Below are positions 52,324 to 64,000 of a stretch of DNA of 64,000 nt, piece after piece (the first letter of the stretch is position 1; every line of letters starts with the position of its first letter). Position numbers and translations under genes: made by a program. Below the pieces are notes generated by a model. It did no database searches, had not been told where the DNA came from, and worked only from the letters and a program-made list of their open reading frames with translations. Origin of the DNA: Epiperipatus broadwayi (taxonomy: Eukaryota; Animalia; Onychophora); contig JAQFVV010000001.1 in NCBI GenBank assembly GCA_028023455.1, positions 372,001 to 436,000 of the forward strand, read 5' to 3'.

Positions 52324-53001
52324 TTGACAGTATATTATTATTTTGAATATAAATTAAATGCATTTGAAAGAAAAAAAAAATTTGAATAAAGTGACAAAAC
52401 TGTTATGAAGGATGAGTATTTAATATATGGACATATACATATATTCTTTCATTATGATCTCTTAAACAATTTATATCCTATATTAATAACCTATTTATTA
52501 TTGATGTGTTATAAATTAATGTGAATCTCCAATAATTATGCTACAATAATCTCTAGTCTAATAAAAATTATTAATAATAATCATTAATGTATTACCTCAA
52601 GTGGATAGTGTTAAAGTTATGGGTATGGAAAGTTTGATACTTGTAAATCAAATTGTAATATTGAATTATATTTGAAAAAATAAAAGAGTAGAGAAATAAT
52701 TTTAAATTATCAGAAAGACTAGTGAAAAATAAATAAAAAGTGAGTAAATATTACAAAATGTAAGTTTAGAATAATTAAATAAGCAGAAAAATGTTATTCA
52801 TAAAACTATCTTAATAAACTGAAAGGAAACAAATTTTTTTAAAAAAGGATGATTTCATATATTTAAAAAAGTTTATTTAATAATAATAATAATAAAAAAA
52901 TACAATTCTTATTTAAAAAGTTTTCAGTTATTTATATGATATAAATATTATAATAAAAATAGAAAAAATGTGCAAAAGATTTATATCTAAACTTCTTGGA
53001 A

Positions 53002-53079
53002 ATTGAATTAGAAAATGAGATATAATGAATACTAGAGAGGTATTGAATTAGAAAATGAGATATTATGAATACTAGAGAG
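53002..53079. repeat. Tandem duplication, 2 x 40 bp
   Basis: attgaattagaaaatgagatat.atgaatactagagag occurs twice. Confidence 0.9.
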
Positions 53080-56000
53080 ATAAGTTGTAAAAATAAAAAT
53101 CCAAACAATGAATAAATTAACAACTTAACAGCTGAAAGCATTGATTGAGTAAATAATAAACTGGCATAACAACACATTCAAATATTTGTGATCTGTGTGA
53201 TATTGATATGGAGTTACATAGTTGCTCCCACCAATGTTTTTGCTAAAATTCGATGTTATAAAAATTAAATAATTAGTCTTTAATCATAAATGACTATAGA
53301 TATGTTTAAAATATAATTGGGACATGAAAGTAAATAATATATAGAAATTTATTAGCAATAATATTTAAACAGCATTAAACTGTTGCACATGCGCTTTGGA
53401 TTTTAAATATAAACATTTCAACAACATGATAAAGTCTTTGGAAAAGATAGAATGGCCATCTATCTTTTCGAACCCAAACGCTTTTGTACGGGTGAATCTT
53501 AAGTGTTTGAAAGTGAAAGCGTGAAGTTATTAAATAATCACTTTAAATTACTTTTACATGCTTGAATGAATGATGCTGGTGAAATTTATTAGAATTTACG
53601 ATAAGTCATTCTTATTTGAAATTTATTAGATAAATAAAATAAAAAGTATGGTAATTTTGTTTTTTTTTTTTGTTTTTTTTTTTTAAAAAAGGGGAATTGT
53701 AAAGCAAAGAATTTGGAAAAGTAAAGAATATTTAATTTAAGGTAACTACTATGAATACCTAATGCAGTAATCCTGAAATATTACACATTTCCACACACAT
53801 TTATATACTCTACCAAATATTAAGGCATTGTGCAATAATCAAATAAATCACCATTTACTTTTGACAATATGCAAAATGTTCACAAGAGATATATTAAGAG
53901 GCTCACTGAATTACATGAAGGCAAAATTATTTCTCAAAATTCTCTTTTGTAAACCATGATATATTTAATTCAACTAACTGTTATTCATTATTTTATTTTG
54001 ATCAATGCATACTAAAAATACCTTTTATTATAATTTACATTATTGTACAGATATATAAATAATCTTTTTAAATATATATGAATCAAGACACTTCAGAAAA
54101 TAACACAAAAATTTCTGTAAAGAATAATGACAAAAGTAATAATTAAGTCTAATATGTTAAAATTAATAACACTAATGCCATTACAATATAAAAATGTAAG
54201 AAATAAATATTAATCAGTCATCTTAATAATATAAAATTCATTAAAATTTGCAAGGCAGCTCTAAACACTAAAATATTAAAGTATGTTTAGGATTTTTGAC
54301 AAAAAAAACTTTATATCAAATAAGACACCCTGAAAAAAATAGTATTCAAAATTCTACATTCCAAACACATTTATATATATTATGAAAAAACAATTAATCA
54401 TTTTTAAAATAATAGCTTTAGTTAGATTAGAAAGGTTTGTTTCATAGTACTTGTTTAAATTCATCTACTCTAAAAGCTTATGATCAGTTTATAATAGACA
54501 TATTTGTAAATGCTGCACATATAAAAATTACTTATCCAAATTGTGATTTCAATATTATTTGAACTATTTTCAATGGAAAATGTTTGCTTTACAGAATTGT
54601 TTGGAATATATTTACAATGTATTGTATCAATAATTAATATAAATCCAGAAATTTTAAAAAGATATGTATTATTTTGAAGAATGATGAGTCTTCTAAAGTA
54701 AAATTACATCAACATTGTACTGAACAATTAATTTGAAGATGATCTCTTTTGATTTTAATATAATCTCAATGATAAATTGAAGTAATTTTATTATATTTCC
54801 TAGATGAAGAGATTACTCTTTAAAGAGTACATACGGCATTTGAGATATTCCATGGTTGCCAACACCATGTACTTATTTTTCATTTTGAAAGTCTAGGAGC
54901 CTGTATCCTGATGCAACTATTCCCATAATAGTGCAGAAATTCACATTAAGAGTTTTATTGTGTAATTTTATAATTTTCTATATTTTTAATTAAGAAATTA
55001 TCAAGATGAAATCTGATTTTCATGTAAAGACTATTTGTTTCTCATGCTAATGCATACTACTTGCCAAGTAGATAACAAGAAAGTTGTCATCCATCCACTC
55101 CAATACAACACATAAATTAACTATTATTAACAATTTATTAGGCAAGAAAATACCTATAAAGAACCTTGGATGCAGTTATCCTCAAAACAATGGTAATCTA
55201 AAAGATAATATTATAATTAAAGATTAGCACATATAAGTGCATATCATAAGCTTGTGGTTAAAACACCTGTAGAGGTCCCTACTATCACATTTTATACGCA
55301 TATTATCGAGGTTATAGCCTCAGTAAATAAATGTGCGTTTAATAAATTTATAAGTAAAGTATACTCTAAAATTAAAATTATAGTTGAATTAAAAATAAAT
55401 CTTATTTCAATCATGGATGGATGTAATTTGATATTTGTTCTTTAAGAATATCTCCTATCCATGCTAAACTTCAATAGTTATTAAACACTAAAAATTGAGA
55501 ATGAAAATTAAGATATAAATACAAATAAATCTATTCTTGAGTTCACAAAAAAAAAAAAAAAAGATTTCAGACTGGTTCTACATAAATAATTCTATTATTA
55601 ATTATTTAATTAAAAGAAGTATGTAAGCAATTTCAGTTGGTAGAATAATAAATTAATTAAATTTGCTACTTTATAAACAATATAAAGATTTAAAGATGGG
55701 AATTCAACAACTGAGAAGTAGGCTTTTACAAATTGAATGGTGCATTAAAATTGTGAAAGAAATCAAAATATGTACTAATCACAGTCACTTTAGATTTCTT
55801 TTTGGTGCATTAAAAATAGCATATAGACCTGAAAAATATTCCAATCTTATTAGATCTATATAATGATAATAATAATGATAGTTTTAACAAGTAGAGAAAG
55901 TATAATGATCATCTTCTGAATAATATACATCCTCTGAATAATACAAAACCTGAAATGATGGTATTAATGATATAACTATTTTAATTATTCATTTAAATGT

Positions 56001-56699
56001 GAATACAAATATTTAGTTAAGCAAAGTGAAACAACTCATTTTAATTTTAGAAATGAAGACTGCAATTCCTGACAAAATTTATTTATTAATATAAATTATA
56101 AACATTTGTTACCATTTAACTGTAGTTACTTTGACACAAAGTGGGCATAGCAATTTAAATTGTTGCTCACACTTTGTCTATATCTAGATTTAAATTGGAA
56201 TTGAATGATCTTCTCAAACTCATTCGCATGCAGATTTTTATGTAATACTATAATTAAATAACAATAAACTATATATATACATATTTCATTTTTCTACAAT
56301 AACAAATAAAAAATATTACACATGCATCAAATATATGGTTTTGACTCAAAAACTTACTTATTTTTAAATAAATAATTTGATTAAGATGTCTATTATTGAA
56401 AGAGTACTAATAAGAATCACAATTAAACTGATATAGATTTTTGGGAATTACGTGAATAAAATGTGTCCCACTAGCTTGACTTTTCATTATTATGATAATG
56501 GAATTTATATACTTCATTGAAGGTCATCCATTTCTCTTTCTCACCATCAGCTTATTATTATTTGCTTTTCTATTAAATTAGTCTCATAATAAGATCAAAA
56601 TTAAGACAATTTTAGTATGTAGAAAATTCAGATTCAATGTGACTGAGTCAAGCCACTATTAACTTATCATAGATTTAAACAATATTATAATATATATAT

Positions 56700-57216
56700 A
56701 TGATCACTAGATGGAGCTTTACCAATAGCTCCTAACAAGCTTTGTTTACATAAATGCCGAAAGAGTTAGAATTCAAAATCTCTATCGTTGTCACCCACCT
56801 CCAGACCAGCTGGTTTCGAGCTTATTGGCTCACATCAGTGAAGGGTTGGGAGACAAAAAACTAGATCTAAATACCCAACTCTAAAGTCAGCACTTATCAA
56901 ACACGTTTCTATCAGTTTGAAAGCATGAATTTATTCAGACATGTAATGTCTTCAAACCCAGCTTAACAAACTAGATAGCTATATGGGTCTGAAATCAATT
57001 CAGTTTCACCATATAGAGCCTCTGCAATGACGTGAGTCAATAAGCTCGAAACCAGATGGTCTGAAGGTGGGTGACAACGATAAAGATTTTAAATTCTATC
57101 TCTTTCGGCATTTATGTAAATAAAGCTTGTTAGGAGCTATTGGTAAAGCTTCATCTAGTGATCATAAAATGCAAGCTTAAGGCAAGTTACAAAATTTATA
57201 ACTTGTTTTGATTAAC
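56700..57216 (-). mobile_element. Foldback PLE-type insertion with HHR (family C)
   Basis: Arms 56700-56833 and 57032-57165 are ~90% inverted repeats with a ~200-nt spacer. The right arm has ~50 nt extra tail. (AT)n on both sides is a possible TSD. Confidence 0.75.
56798..56844 (-). ncRNA. Hammerhead ribozyme with U at core position 9 (family C)
   Basis: CCTTCA CTGATGT GAGC caataa GCTC GAA ACCAGCTGGT C TGGAGG. Perfect 10-nt palindromic stem III and GUC site. A 5'-truncated mirror copy lies at 57032-57067 (+). Confidence 0.78.
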
Positions 57217-57721
57217 ATATATATATACTATTACTTCCACAGTAACACAATCTTAAATCTCTTCTCATTCAAACAATAAAATCACAATTTCTACATATTT
57301 AATCCAATTTTATTTTTAATTTATAAACTTTGGATATATATCTATATTCTGCTTAGCACTGGATGTTTATGTGAGGCTTCACCATAGCAATCATTAACAA
57401 CTTATATCCACTATTTTGATTTACAATCGATTATTCACTATAACAATCTTTAAAAAAATGTCAGCTTTTTTTTTTGACTGCCATTTTGTAAGACTGATGA
57501 TGCCATAAGATAGTTACTTTATTAAAACTATGTCTTCCAAAAGCAAAATAGCAACATTCATGATGAATATGTACAATACAGAGTTTATTCATTATACACA
57601 ATGCACAATATTTTGATTATAAACTTAAAATATCTAGTGTCCTTAAAAGATAAACAGTATTTCATTAATGACATATCCAATGTAAAGATTTACATTGTTA
57701 ATAAAATTTATAAAATAAATT

Positions 57722-57960
57722 AAGCGTATGTCACGCTTGAAAGTGAAGCTACAAGAATATAATAGAATTAATATACGCTAAGCGCTTTCGAGGTTCATTA
57801 CCTCATATTCATAGCGGTACTGTGAGCTGCAAAACGTAAATAATGGAGCGGGAGAAGTGGTATGCAAATCATATGCAAATGGACTAATTAGACCAGCGTT
57901 TAGAAATGTCGAAGCAGGTGTCACGTCTATTGATGGAGTAGTTATTATTATTGTTGTTAA
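57722..57960 (-). mobile_element. Short, CpG-rich PLE 3' end
   Basis: Minus strand NNNYSINRRDTCFDISKRWSN* matches the C-termini of the other GIY-YIG ORFs, followed by a 3' UTR with an HHR. Confidence 0.8.
57774..57819 (-). ncRNA. Variant hammerhead ribozyme, family A (most intact copy)
   Basis: TAcCGCT ATGAATA T GAGGT aatga ACCTC GAA AGCGCT T AGCGTA; all stems are perfect. Confidence 0.82.
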
Positions 57961-58414
57961 TAAAAGCAAAAAAAGGGGTTTCATTCAGTATAATATTTAA
58001 TCATAATTATATTTTGATGATACAACAATCAAATGAATTCATATTAAATTTTAAAATATGTATATTAGCTTAAAATCTGTGTATTTTTCTCACTTTTATG
58101 GATTTAAATTCTTATGAATGACACTTTCTTGCAGCAAAAATCATAATTATCATAATATATATTAAGACTATAATCTTAAGACTATGCGCCTATATGTGAC
58201 AGTAGGGACCTCTATAAATTTTAACACAAGATTAATGATTTTAAAAGAGCGACCACTCGTCTTCAACCTATAATTATAAAAATTTAGATATTGTAATTGT
58301 TATTTTGAAGAAAAAAAACATGATTTAATGGATTAAGCAATTAATAATCAACTTTATATGATCAAAAGTTACTAAAACATCAATTACTTGCTTAATTTTT
58401 TAAAATGAGAATAT

Positions 58415-59022
58415 TGTTATTTGTTTCAGATTTATCCAAGCAAATAACAACATTATCGTGAATGTATATTAATACAGTATTGGAAAAAAAATACAAAATT
58501 CATTTAGCATAAACAAAAAAAATAATTTTGGTAACATAAAGTGTACTATTACTGTAATAATTAATTTTAAATTGTATATAATAAATAAAATATTCAGTCG
58601 AGTAATTTTGAATTAAAACCTTTCAATCAAACTAAAACTACTATCAGCGTAAATCTAAAATATTTTCAATAAAAAAGGGGAGGGGTGATTTCACGATTTG
58701 TGCAATTAAAAATCAACTTTACATTATCAGGAGTTAATAAATCTAAGTTAAAAATAATTCTCTACTAACTCCATTTTAAATCATATAATTTGTTTTAGAT
58801 ATCTAAGGCAATGGCAGATATTATTGCAAAAATAAAAAAAGTATAGTACTGGAAAAAAATGCAAATTTCATTCAGCATAAAACTGAAAATAAATTTTGGT
58901 CATATACTATTAATATTTAATTTTAAATTGTGTACAGTATAAATATTAGCCAAAATATTCAGTCAATTGATTTTGGATTAGAAATCTAATTTCAATCAAA
59001 TCAAAACTATTATCATAAATGT
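58415..59022. repeat. Diverged ~240-bp direct repeat pair (58415-58655, 58788-59022)
   Basis: tggaaaaaaa..caaa.ttcatt.agcataaa...ttttggt...ttttaaattgt...aaaatattcagtc...ttcaatcaaa..aaaacta.tatca occurs in both copies. Confidence 0.7.
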
Positions 59023-59559
59023 ATTTTTAGTAAAAAATAAAAATATGAGAATGATTTTTATGCATTATATGATTAATAATAAATTTTGTATAATGAAAAT
59101 GCAATACAAATAAATTGAAGAAGATTCATATCTTTAATTTTTACTGAAATAGCCCATAACCTTGTTGTCACAATGTACTGGACTATTCAAAAAATTTCTA
59201 AGCAATTTCATGAAAATAACTATCATGTTTAATAAAATGTGACATGTCATGCCCAAAAATAATGACAAAGCTAAATATTTGTATATAAAATATCTGCATA
59301 GTGGATATTATAAACAAAAGCTTTAAATATCGATTATAATACACAAATGAAGAATGCATTAGATACATTTTTTTCTTTTTTAATATGTCAAATTTTTTTT
59401 AACTTAACTACAATTAGATTTTAGTAATGTATAATATTGTATTTTGTTATTTTTACTAGTGTAAAAGTAGCCAAGTCACTTAAATGAGTTATTAAATATT
59501 GCTTTTTTTAATTATAAATAATTTCACATAAATAATAAAATATTATAAATGTTAAAAAA

Positions 59560-60896
59560 AAAAAACTCCATGTCTAGATTTTTTTATTCCAATGCAATGA
59601 GAAACATCTACACAAAAGAACACAAAAAATTGTTAAGTGTGAGTTTACTTTCTGTTTCTAATTCAATTTTGCCATACGTTTGCACAATAAAAACTCATAC
59701 TTTTTTTTTTTAGCAATATTAACATTTTTACAGATTTTTTTTTTAATTTACAGATACGTACATTTTCAACTGGAATTATGGAAGCACCTAATACCACTAA
59801 ACATTACATCACTTTTTTCAACATATAGATCAAAAAATGATTGCAACCTTCAAAATGTACTATCTTCAACAACCAATGCAGTATCTTGTCAACACTTTGG
59901 ATGATGTTGATAAGATAATTATATAATACTGGCAGGATTTCAACATAAAAACAGCAGTTAATTTTATACGCAGTGCATGAAAAAGGATCACTAACACAAC
60001 TCTTGAATTTACACAGAAGAAAGCCTATTGAATCATTACAACTACTTAAGTCAAAAACAAATCATATAAAAAAACATATTTGATCTAATTAAGAAAACAA
60101 GATTTACAGAAGTCAATGGTAAGTTTTTGGAATCACACATGAAAGAATTAACTAATGAAGAATTAATACAACTGGATGAAGTAAAGAAAGACAATGAAGA
60201 AAAGATAATTGGGAAGCATGTAGAAAATAATCTAGAAATCAAGAAACTGAAGACATTTATTTTACATCAGGAGACCATAAACAGAATTTGGGGCAAATTT
60301 GACTCCGACTTAGAATACAGCATCAAATTTAAAAATACATTTAAGTTAAGTAATCTGACCATATAAAATATTATATGGAAAGAAATCCAAAGACTCTTAA
60401 TTTTTTTCTACAGAAATCCTCAGCTATCAACATCTGGTATACCTCCTGCAAAAAAACCAAGATTATCAAAAAATTTAGAAAATAATGATGGACCTTAGAA
60501 TGAGGAATTGATAAAATTATTCAGAAAACAGGATAATAATTATTGATGAATGAATTATAAGAAGAACAACTTTAAGCTGTTTTTTTTTCTACATAGATTT
60601 AATTTTCATTAACATACATACATATATATATATATTTAAGTTCATACCTTTAATACACACGTAGCACAATTTACACAAGCATATACATTAAGGGTTTTTT
60701 TTTAAGTACCATATATATATATATATTAGGTTAAGTTGTTTGTTAATATGATATTCATGGTTTATAGTGTAATTTTTATCTGGAGTAACCAGTCAAATTT
60801 TTTCCCATAGAAACCAATTATAACTGCTTGCTTTTTTACAATATTCTTGTTTTATGATGAGTTTTGAGGAACCAATTGTCCTCACTAAGTGGAGTA
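59560..60896 (+). mobile_element. Tigger/pogo (DDE_1) transposon relic
   Basis: LIPLNITSLFQHIDQKMIATFKMYYL, YWQDFNIKTAVNFIRSA*, LESHMKELTNEELIQL..FDSDLEYSIKF. Tigger-like 3' end ttttcccatagaaa..ggaaccaatt near 60800-60896. Confidence 0.8.
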
Positions 60897-63800
60897 AAGA
60901 TATATATCTATTGATATGTTCAATATTTAAAAAATGCACACCTAAAATGCATACTTACTGCAGTCACTTTCCAGAAAAATTCTCTTTAAAAATATTATAA
61001 AATGTTAAAAAAAAAAACCCTGTTTTTCTATGTTATCATATAGATTTAATACTAGTTTAATTCCAAATTACCCATTAATCAATATTGAATGTAGATATTA
61101 AAATGTTATCTAATATGAAGTCTAAAATGTATCTGTCATTCATTTTTTTGCACAATTTGATTACAATATCATTATATTATTTGTAATGCAATTTTATTTT
61201 ATTTTTTGTTAATTAATGTATTTTTTACACTATAAAAATATTTTTTCTCAAAAATTAAAATAAAAAATTTTTGAGACACTAATCAATTTTTTTTATTTTT
61301 TATTTTACCTTGAATTACATTTACAACAGACAAAACCTTTAAATGCAATTTAAAAATCTTAATACTATATGCTAAATTTGATTTTATTTGTCATCTCACT
61401 TAAATTATAAATTACAGATAGTTCTGGTTTTAATAAAATTGTATTTAAAAAATGTAGCCTATTTTTAATCAGATTAATTTTGGTTTTATTAGTTGACTTC
61501 TTTAATTCTGTAAGTTTTGACATTTCTCCATAACAAACTTATATTTTGACATAAAATTTTCTTTCAAAATTTCAAGCTCCATGAAAAAATTTTCTATGAA
61601 ATTTTTGTTAATTATTATTCTTATAAAATTGAAACTGACAAAAAGAAAGTTATCATAGCAAAAGAATATGGTATTGTCCACTATATACTAAATATAATGG
61701 CATGTGTGAAAACTTATAGTTGCATAAAAATTTTATTATAAAAAAATTATTTATTGTAACTATGTGTGCATGCATATGTGTGTACAAATATAATAATTTA
61801 TTTAATTAAATGCAATTAAAAAATAGAAAATGCTTTTATATATTTATTTCTCAAACAGAATAAATAACAATTGCACATTTATAAAGCATAGTAATGTATA
61901 TTAAATCTTCCAATCTTTATTTTCAACTAAAATTCTTATAAAACTTGTATCATCAAGTATATATGCCTGAATGACTAACAATTAAAGTAGCCTTTAGCAC
62001 TTTTTCTTTCCACCTTAATATTAATTATTTTAGAAATTTGTATCACATAAATATACATCAAACATGGTCTTGTATTTTATTTATTTTTTGTATCTTTTTT
62101 CTTGCAGGGATTAATAACTACACAGTGTGCATTTATGTATTAATTATTGCACAATAAATTGTAATTGTATAACAAAATTATAAAATAAATTTCAAGTTCC
62201 AAAACAGAATAAAAATTAATATAATAAAATTATTTGTGAAATCAAACAGAACTAATTAGAAAAGAAAATGTTATATAAATAATCTTACTGAATATTTTTA
62301 ACTCTATATAATAATCAAAAGTTTTATACATAAATAAAAAAATTTATATCACATAATAAAATGTAAAAAAAAACCATACACACATATATATAGCAATACA
62401 TTATTATATAAGGGTGTATATGCTTAGTTGATTAATGGACAAAAACCTATATTAATTTTAAACATATTATATCAATAATATATTTTCCAAAACAAATAAT
62501 TTTATCGATTTTACAAATAAGCTGCCAATTGTTAAATAAATTTCATTTCTTAAAAATGACTCAATTTTAAAATCTTTCTCAAAGTATCTTAATCTAATAA
62601 AATGCCTTATTTTGATTTCTAGATAAAATAATTTATAAAAAAAAAAAAATACATATATTTAAGCTAAAGCAGAAAATATAGTTTTGACTGTCACTCATTT
62701 AAAATCATAATTTAACAATAGTAATTCTGTTCAAGATTATCACTCTGAAACTACATTATACTATAGTAAAAAGAAAGGCATTAGCCTAAAACTCTTAATC
62801 AATTGGGATCCAAAATCACTATTTTAATATATGTGTATGCATTATTTTTATCAATAACTTTTAATGAAAATAAATAATATACATTCAATTATTAGTTTTA
62901 TTAATGTTATTAATTAGGAAAAAAAATGATAATAAAATTCTATTTTACTTATTTATTTTAATATATGAATTTTTTTAATCAGCTAATTATTAATAAATAT
63001 TTTTTAAAAAATCTATAGAGATTACAATCAGAAGATAGATTTATTAATAATTTTAGTAAATAATTCAATTCTGCCACTATATGTTAATATTGAATTTCAT
63101 GATTCGCTTGGCCATAATTTAAGGCTATTAAATTCTATTTCTAAAAAAAAATAAGTGTAACAACCATATGAGATTCTGAATCCAATAAAGTCTAGGACCA
63201 TGAAATCCAGTTGGCTATAACTGTTGGATCTGAAAAAAAACTGAGTCTCATAAAAAGTCCTATGCTTTCATAAACATCCTATGCTAATATATTATACTGA
63301 TCACATAATATATTTATATGTAAATCTAGATATTTTTACAAAATTAATAATATTGAAGGCAAGGATATAAAATATGAGGATTATAGTCATTGTCTAAGGC
63401 TATAGAAATAAATAATATTTTTGCAACAAGGTAAATGCAAATTTATAAAAAATTATAAAAAGCAATCATGATCATAAAATCAACTGGTAACGGAGAATGA
63501 AAATAATAAAATGTATGGCTTAATCACAGTTTCAATAATTATCCACTTGCCTTTATGCATTTTGTGGCATTCATACTTTTCATTTTCTCTACTTTTTAGA
63601 AAATTTGCATTTGGTTTCATTATTAAAATGTTATTTACTTCCAGGCTTTTACTTTATAATAATTGTCAACAAATATACTTTTCATCTCCATGCTTTTTAT
63701 GGCATCCACATTTTTCATTTTACTCATACATGGATACCTTTTTGTATTTTAATTCTTTATAGATTTAGTATCAACAATCACTTTCTTCCAAATTACATGG

Positions 63801-64000
63801 CTTATTTTTTTATATTATTGTATTTGTTAAATCCTTACTTAAATTTAAACTATAAACATAAATATAAACATACTTAAATTCAAACTGAAGATTGGTTTTG
63901 TAATTTTAATTTCTAAATGAAATGCTTATATTGATGTTTTGTAAATACATTATTTTCATGTTTCATTTTTCTTTAAAGTAAATATAATAAATTATTTTTA

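Noticed and set aside
53442-53470. 11-bp perfect hairpin followed by GAA, as a possible HHR stem II
   Set aside because: There is no core upstream and no stem III or stem I. It may be a decayed PLE tail, but I cannot support that.
44111-63877. Short AT-rich ORFs of the track (e.g. 44111, 45024, 50899, 52932, 55254, 55663, 63511, 63605) and antisense ORFs over TEs
   Set aside because: They are F/I/L/K/Y-rich low-complexity translations expected by chance at this composition, or shadows of TE ORFs on the opposite strand.

Overview
Very AT-rich (roughly three-quarters A+T by eye), CpG-depleted animal genomic DNA, almost entirely non-coding and full of transposon debris. The only host exon I can support is a 123-nt phase-0 exon of a SAP30/SAP30L (Sin3-HDAC subunit) gene on the minus strand (24644-24766). 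Its neighbouring exons are not recognisable, so the window may be mostly intron. Mobile content: several Penelope-like elements (PLEs, GIY-YIG endonuclease, one near-complete), three RTE LINE fragments, an Ingi/Vingi-like and an L1/Tx1-like LINE fragment, Gypsy fragments, a hAT MITE, a Tigger/pogo relic and foldback MITEs. The most interesting signal is about 14 minimal type-I hammerhead ribozyme (HHR) motifs in four sequence families, each with a palindromic stem III. Seven of them share a non-canonical core (A3-U8 instead of C3-G8, plus an extra U after A9) with covarying stems across four PLE subfamilies. Five insertions share a TSD / inverted copy with longer tail / direct copy / TSD architecture, including a family that couples an HHR to a tRNA-like segment. 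Also notable: a Gypsy element whose middle is replaced by an intronless titin/twitchin-like Ig-FN3-Ig fragment, a TTAA-duplicating element with atypical termini, and a TGT-terminated TIR (Ginger-like) element enclosing a Gypsy integrase plus LTR. All calls were made by eye; coordinates of decayed elements are approximate.
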